A DNA stretch of 64,000 nt from an uncultured bacterium (GTDB lineage: Bacteria; Fermentibacterota; Fermentibacteria; Fermentibacterales; JCC-6), in assembly GCA_965371785.1 (NCBI GenBank), contig CBDUZS010000001.1, forward strand, positions 5,297 to 69,296, written 5' to 3'. The translations under genes were made by a program, and so were the position numbers. The notes under the pieces were generated by a model. That model was not told where the DNA came from and did not search any database. It was given only the letters and a program-made list of their open reading frames with translations. Below are positions 59,422 through 64,000 of the stretch, one piece after another; the first letter of the stretch is position 1; each line of letters begins with the position of its first letter.

Positions 59422-60671
59422 TAGACGGCTTTGTCAATCCTCTTCCGTCTGGCATATCTCTTTGGAGCTTCATTCCCCCTGACGCATTGGGGGGTAATGA
59501 CGAGCTTGGAGGTTGTATCGTTCCGAGAAGGCAGATCGTACATCGGATCGAGCAGAATCCGTTCCATAATCGTTCTGAGCCCTCTTGCCCCGCTCTCGGC
59601 TTTTCTTGCATCCCGGGCAATCTCTTTCAAAGCTTTCTTCTGGAATTCCAGCGCTACGTTCTCGAGCTGGAAGAGGTACTGGTACTGCTTGACGAGAGCG
59701 TTCCTGGGTTCCGTGAGTACCCTGACCAGATCCGCCTCGGAGAGATCATCGAGTGCTACAAGCACTGGAAGCCGCCCGACGAGTTCCGGTATGAGGCCGT
59801 AATGAACGAGGTCACGTGGCTCCACATGGGAGAAGAGGTTTTCGTCCTCGGCAGTCACTCCATCGATTGCCGCATTGAATCCGAGAGTAGTCTTCCTCAT
59901 TCTGCCAGAGATGACCTGCTCGAGACCATGGAATGCCCCACCGCATATGAAGAGAATATTCGAAGTGTCCAGCGAGATGTTCTCCTGGTAAGGGTGCTTG
60001 CGGCCACCCTGGGGAGGAACACTTGCCACAGTACCTTCGATTATCTTGAGAAGCGCCTGCTGGACGCCTTCACCCGACACATCCCTTGTGATCGACGGAT
60101 TCTCCGATTTCCTTCCGATCTTGTCTATTTCATCGATGTAGATGATTCCCTGCTGCGCGGTATTGATGTCCATATCCGTAACCTGAAGAAGCCGAAGGAG
60201 TATGTTCTCGACATCCTCTCCGACGTATCCCGCTTCCGTGAGAGTAGTGGCATCTGCAATGGCAAATGGAACTTCCAGGATTCCTGCCAGTGTTCTTGCG
60301 AGAAGAGTCTTGCCCACGCCAGTAGGTCCGAGCAACAGGATGTTACTCTTCTCCAGATCGATATCGTTGTCCGGTTCTACGGAGGCTCGCAGCCTCTTGT
60401 AATGGTTGTAGACTGCAACCGAGAGAACCTTCTTTGCATGCTCCTGGCCAACCACGTAATCGTCCAGCCTGGCTTTGATGTCAGCCGGCGGAAGCAGTTC
60501 CCCTGTCAGGAAACAGGGCTTCTCCTCTATGATCGTGTCTTCAGTATCTGTTATCAGTTCACTGCAGTACCTTATACAGTCGTCACATATGCTGACTCCA
60601 GGGCCCTGGATCAGCCTGGCGACCTCACGTGAAGGTCTGTTGCAGAATGAACATCTTGTTACCTTGGACAT
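59421..60671 (-). CDS. clpX: Clp protease ATP-binding subunit
   Basis: CSFC zinc finger, [41 protein letters not shown]. Confidence 0.97.
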   Translation of the reverse strand: MSKVTRCSFCNRPSREVARLIQGPGVSICDDCIRYCSELITDTEDTIIEEKPCFLTGELLPPADIKARLDDYVVGQEHAKKVLSVAVYNHYKRLRASVEPDNDIDLEKSNILLLGPTGVGKTLLARTLAGILEVPFAIADATTLTEAGYVGEDVENILLRLLQVTDMDINTAQQGIIYIDEIDKIGRKSENPSITRDVSGEGVQQALLKIIEGTVASVPPQGGRKHPYQENISLDTSNILFICGGAFHGLEQVISGRMRKTTLGFNAAIDGVTAEDENLFSHVEPRDLVHYGLIPELVGRLPVLVALDDLSEADLVRVLTEPRNALVKQYQYLFQLENVALEFQKKALKEIARDARKAESGARGLRTIMERILLDPMYDLPSRNDTTSKLVITPQCVRGNEAPKRYARRKRIDKAV

Positions 60672-60691
60672 GTTCCCATCCCTCTCAGGGA

Positions 60692-61276
60692 TCAGCTTCG
60701 CTTCACAAGTATAGTATCCACAAGGCCGTAGTCCACGGCGGCCTGAGCGCTCATCCAGTAATTCCGGTCCGAATCCTGCGAGATCTTCTCGACCGTCTGA
60801 CCGGAATGATCTGCGAGAATCAGGTCAATCTGTTTGCGCAGCTTGATAATCTCCAGTGCTTCGATTTCTATGTCGCTTGCCTGGCCGCTGACTCCGCCCA
60901 TCGGCTGATGAATCATCACTCGTGCATGGGGCAGTATGCTGCGTTTCCCGTCAGCTCCCGCTGCAAGGAGGACTGCAGCCATACTTGCGGCTGCTCCCAT
61001 GCAGAATGTTGCCAGGTCGGGTTTGATGAACTGCATTGTGTCGTATATGGCCAGACCCGCTGATACGGATCCTCCGGGGCTGTTGATGTACATGTTGATG
61101 TCCCTGTCCGGGTCCTCTCCCTCGAGGAAGAGAAGCTGTGCTACGACCACGCTGGCCGTCTGACCCGAAATGACATCCCCCACGAAGATGATCCTGTCCT
61201 TGAGAAGCCTTGAATAGATGTCGTATGCGCGTTCTGTATTCCCTACTCGCTCCACAACAAAAGGAATTATCGACAT
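60692..61276 (-). CDS. clpP: Clp protease proteolytic subunit
   Basis: [28 protein letters not shown]. Confidence 0.97.
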   Translation of the reverse strand: MSIIPFVVERVGNTERAYDIYSRLLKDRIIFVGDVISGQTASVVVAQLLFLEGEDPDRDINMYINSPGGSVSAGLAIYDTMQFIKPDLATFCMGAAASMAAVLLAAGADGKRSILPHARVMIHQPMGGVSGQASDIEIEALEIIKLRKQIDLILADHSGQTVEKISQDSDRNYWMSAQAAVDYGLVDTILVKRS

Positions 61277-61279
61277 CGT

Positions 61280-62560
61280 CTACCCTTCCTTGCTTCCGGC
61301 AGTAACCGATTCCGTTTCCGCCTTGTCCTCTGTGACCTTTACCCACCGCCAGGGTGATTCGACGGTCTCGTCCGCCTTCTGCTCTTCGTCCTTATCGATA
61401 ATAGTCGCCTGTGAGAGAACGTGTTCCACTGCATGGCGATTCCGCAGCCTGTCGAGCAGGGATGAAGGTGATTCTTCCGGGCTCAGCTCCTTCTCTATTT
61501 CCTCCCCGGTGACCTCGATCCCTTCCTTCAATCCAATTGCACGAAGAATGAGGAATTCGCGTACCTTCTTTGCAGCCATCTCCTTGATTGCCTGTTTTGT
61601 CTCTTCGGATGGCTCATCCTCGTCGAGCCTTGCAAGGAAGTCAGTGGACAGGTTCTTCACCATGTACTCGGGAGGATCGAACGGGTTTGAATCGAGGAGT
61701 GTGTCCAGTGCAATTCTCTCGGTAAGGTACTTCACTTCGTCTTCATGTCTCTTCTCGATATTCTCCCTGATCCTTGTTCGGAGCTCATCAAGGGAATCGA
61801 CATCGGCAACTTTCTTTGCCAGATCGTCATCGAGATCGGGGAGAACTGCCTCGCTTACTTCCGTCACTACAAATCTGTGTGAGTCACCAGATGCTTTGTC
61901 GTCACCGGATATGCTCTCCATTCTTGCACTGAAACCGTCCCCGGCGGAAGTGTTCCTGAGCAGCGCGTCGAATCCCGGTCCGATCTGTTCCTTTCCTATT
62001 CTGATGGTCAGAGTCCTTGGTTCATCGGAATCGTCATTCCCCGCAGGGATCGTCTCCAGCATTACAAGATCGTTGTTGTCCGCAGGTCTTTCGACAGGAT
62101 TGAACTCCACAAGCCTTTCCCGGAACGACTGAAGCGTATCCTCGAGAGCCTTGTCCAGATCGATACGTGGGATGGGTATTTCGATGCCGTTGTAATCCAC
62201 AGGCTCGGGTGTCTCGAAGAGCGTGAAGGTAAGCTCGAAGCCGTACTCCTCACCGTCTGCGGGCAGATCTATCTTACCTTCAGGACTAGTGTCTCCCAGA
62301 ATCCAGTCGAGCTCCCCCAGAGCCTCTGTAGTAAGGTCCTCTCTTATCCTGTCGGCAACCTCGGCGACGATGATATTGCCGTAACGCTTCTCGATTATGG
62401 AAGGCGGTATCTTCCCTGGTCGAAAGCCCGGCATTGATACGTCCCTGGATATATCGCGACGGATCCTGGCAAAGAGAGCCGTTACTTCTTCCGCCGCCAT
62501 CATGAACCGGACTGTTCTGCGATTGCCGTCTTCTTCCGTAACTTCGTAGTGAGTTGTCAT
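61280..62560 (-). CDS. tig: Trigger factor
   Basis: [10 protein letters not shown] ribosome-binding loop, [14 protein letters not shown]; canonical tRNA-Leu-tig-clpP-clpX order. Confidence 0.9.
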   Translation of the reverse strand: MTTHYEVTEEDGNRRTVRFMMAAEEVTALFARIRRDISRDVSMPGFRPGKIPPSIIEKRYGNIIVAEVADRIREDLTTEALGELDWILGDTSPEGKIDLPADGEEYGFELTFTLFETPEPVDYNGIEIPIPRIDLDKALEDTLQSFRERLVEFNPVERPADNNDLVMLETIPAGNDDSDEPRTLTIRIGKEQIGPGFDALLRNTSAGDGFSARMESISGDDKASGDSHRFVVTEVSEAVLPDLDDDLAKKVADVDSLDELRTRIRENIEKRHEDEVKYLTERIALDTLLDSNPFDPPEYMVKNLSTDFLARLDEDEPSEETKQAIKEMAAKKVREFLILRAIGLKEGIEVTGEEIEKELSPEESPSSLLDRLRNRHAVEHVLSQATIIDKDEEQKADETVESPWRWVKVTEDKAETESVTAGSKEG

Positions 62561-62575
62561 ATATTTCCTCTGATC

Positions 62576-62660
62576 TGGTGCGAGAGGGGGGACTCGAACC
62601 CCCACGGGTATCCCCACCAGGTCCTAAACCTGGCGCGTCTGCCAATTCCGCCACTCTCGC
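62576..62660 (-). tRNA. tRNA-Leu (anticodon TAG)
   Basis: GCGAGAG acceptor stem, D-arm GGCGGAATTGGCAGACGC, CCAGG-TTTAGGA-CCTGG anticodon arm, variable arm, GGTTCGAGTCC, encoded CCA. Confidence 0.97.
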
Positions 62661-62764
62661 GGTTGGTTACTCTTCAAAGACTTTGTAGTCAGGTCTGCTT
62701 CTGGCCTGGCAAACAGTGAATTATGCCTAAAACAGCCCCGTTCCGTCAAAGACAGCGCAAGCGT

Positions 62765-63451
62765 TCACTGAGAACCCCCATGCTCCTCTCTGACGAGGGC
62801 AGCCTCGTCGCTGCCGGGGTAGAATTCCAGAAGCAGGATGTTAAGTCTTTCCCTGTCATCCGATGCGCCGTGGGCTCCGTAAATTGCTGCCGCTCTGGCA
62901 AGGGCTGAGGGAGCTCTGTCGGAAGAGGGGTAGACGTAGTAAATGGCGACGAGGTCCTCTATTGCCCTGTGGGCGTCTCCCATGGACTGATGACTCAGGG
63001 CCATGAAGTACATAGCGTCGTCGGCCAGTGAGCTGGATGGATAGGTTCGGACAACGTCTCTGAATCCTTCTGAGGCGATCTCGAAATTCCCCTGCTGATA
63101 CTGCATGTATGCCTCGTTGTACAGAACCTGGACTCCCGGTCCGGCAACTGTATCCTGCACGGACAGGCTGCCGCCGTCATCAAGCTTCTGCAAAGCCCTT
63201 TCAAGCTCGGATGCAAGAGCCGATATCCGATCAATGAGCTCGGCTGTGCGCATACCCGACTGGGCTGTGAGACCCCTGAGCAGAGACTCGTTGCCCTCGA
63301 CCGTCAGTGACAGTGTATCGAGTATTTCCTGCATCTCCAGCTGTCTGATCTCAATCTTCTCGACCCGACCGGGGGAGTTGACCCAGTTGGAGCCCCAGCA
63401 ACCGGTGAGCAGGAGTGCAAGGACGGCCGCGGCCGTTACGGCATTTCGCAT
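62765..63451 (-). CDS. cpoB: Tol-Pal protein CpoB/YbgF (coiled coil plus TPR)
   Basis: Lipobox LTGC; LYNEAY...YPSSSLADDAMYF...YPGS; lies downstream of pal. Confidence 0.82.
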   Translation of the reverse strand: MRNAVTAAAVLALLLTGCWGSNWVNSPGRVEKIEIRQLEMQEILDTLSLTVEGNESLLRGLTAQSGMRTAELIDRISALASELERALQKLDDGGSLSVQDTVAGPGVQVLYNEAYMQYQQGNFEIASEGFRDVVRTYPSSSLADDAMYFMALSHQSMGDAHRAIEDLVAIYYVYPSSDRAPSALARAAAIYGAHGASDDRERLNILLLEFYPGSDEAALVREEHGGSQ

Positions 63452-63452
63452 G

Positions 63453-63992
63453 TCAGTTCTCCGGAAGGACTCGGAAGTGCACTCTCCGGTTCATTGCCCA
63501 TGCCTGGTCGTCGTTGCCGTAGGAAAAAGGTCTCTCCTTACCGTAGCTGACCGTTTCCAGCCTGCTGGCGCTTATTCCGTAGTTGACGAGATATTCAAAG
63601 GCTGTCTGTGCTCTGCGCTCACCAAGGGCAAGGTTGTAGTCGATTGTCCCGCGCTCATCGCAGTGACCTTCGAGAAGAACCCTGAAACCCCGGTTTGACA
63701 TGATGTAGTTCGCGTCGAACATCAGTGCATCAAGAGCATCTCCACTGAGTTCGTTGCTGTCGTACTCGAAGAAAACATCTCTGAGCTGCTCCTGGTGGGC
63801 AACAAGCTCTTCCATGTAAGTTGCCATCGTATCGGGTTCCCATACGCCGACGGCGAGCGAATCATCCCACATGACCACATCCGTCGAATCATCACCATCG
63901 GGAATCGTTTCATCGGGTCTGCATCCCGTAGAAGTGGTAAAAACCAGAGCGAGTAGAGTGGCAGCAGATGCCGCAAGCAGCAGTCGTTTCAT
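63453..63992 (-). CDS. pal: Peptidoglycan-associated lipoprotein (OmpA family)
   Basis: VFFEYDS, EGHCDERGTIDYNLALGERRA, SYGKERP, NRRV. Confidence 0.93.
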   Translation of the reverse strand: MKRLLLAASAATLLALVFTTSTGCRPDETIPDGDDSTDVVMWDDSLAVGVWEPDTMATYMEELVAHQEQLRDVFFEYDSNELSGDALDALMFDANYIMSNRGFRVLLEGHCDERGTIDYNLALGERRAQTAFEYLVNYGISASRLETVSYGKERPFSYGNDDQAWAMNRRVHFRVLPEN

Positions 63993-64000
63993 CTCTGAAC

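Noticed and set aside
59400-60632. 410-aa plus-strand ORF
   Set aside because: Antisense shadow of clpX with no motifs. The same applies to 2662-3684, 33951-35087, 49382-50323 and 61218-62132.
62286-62654. ORFs starting within the tRNA (including the extended tig start at 62617)
   Set aside because: They overlap a well-formed tRNA-Leu; tig starts at 62560.

Overview
Gene-dense bacterial chromosomal window, moderately GC-rich. It probably comes from an anaerobic, diderm FCB-group candidate lineage such as Fermentibacterota; this is inferred from the T9SS-like cargo, C25 peptidases and W(G/A)xxK tails. Most of it is housekeeping or envelope genes: cobB, lolC/E, thiL, mtnP, rlmN, glnA, pckA, a 4-subunit 2-oxoacid:ferredoxin oxidoreductase, gmhA, rfbD, rsmA, tatD, purA, engB, clpXP, tig, tRNA-Leu(TAG), cpoB and pal. 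Three things stand out. (1) A lower-GC island at about 16.86-20.67 kb holds three single exported-protein genes, each bracketed by direct copies of a 28-bp site that parses as an 11-6-11 dif-like recombination site. It is a candidate gene-cassette array with no recombinase in the window. (2) Two ORFs at 21220-23193 are one secreted selenoprotein: an in-frame TGA sits at the first Cys of a WCxxC redoxin motif (W-U-P-L-C) and is followed by a SECIS-like hairpin. The protein also has LVIVD-like repeats and a T9SS-type C-terminal domain. (3) An operon at 40.3-48.8 kb looks like a T9SS-coupled nucleic-acid/nucleotide scavenging system. All calls come from reading motifs by eye; no database searches were run.
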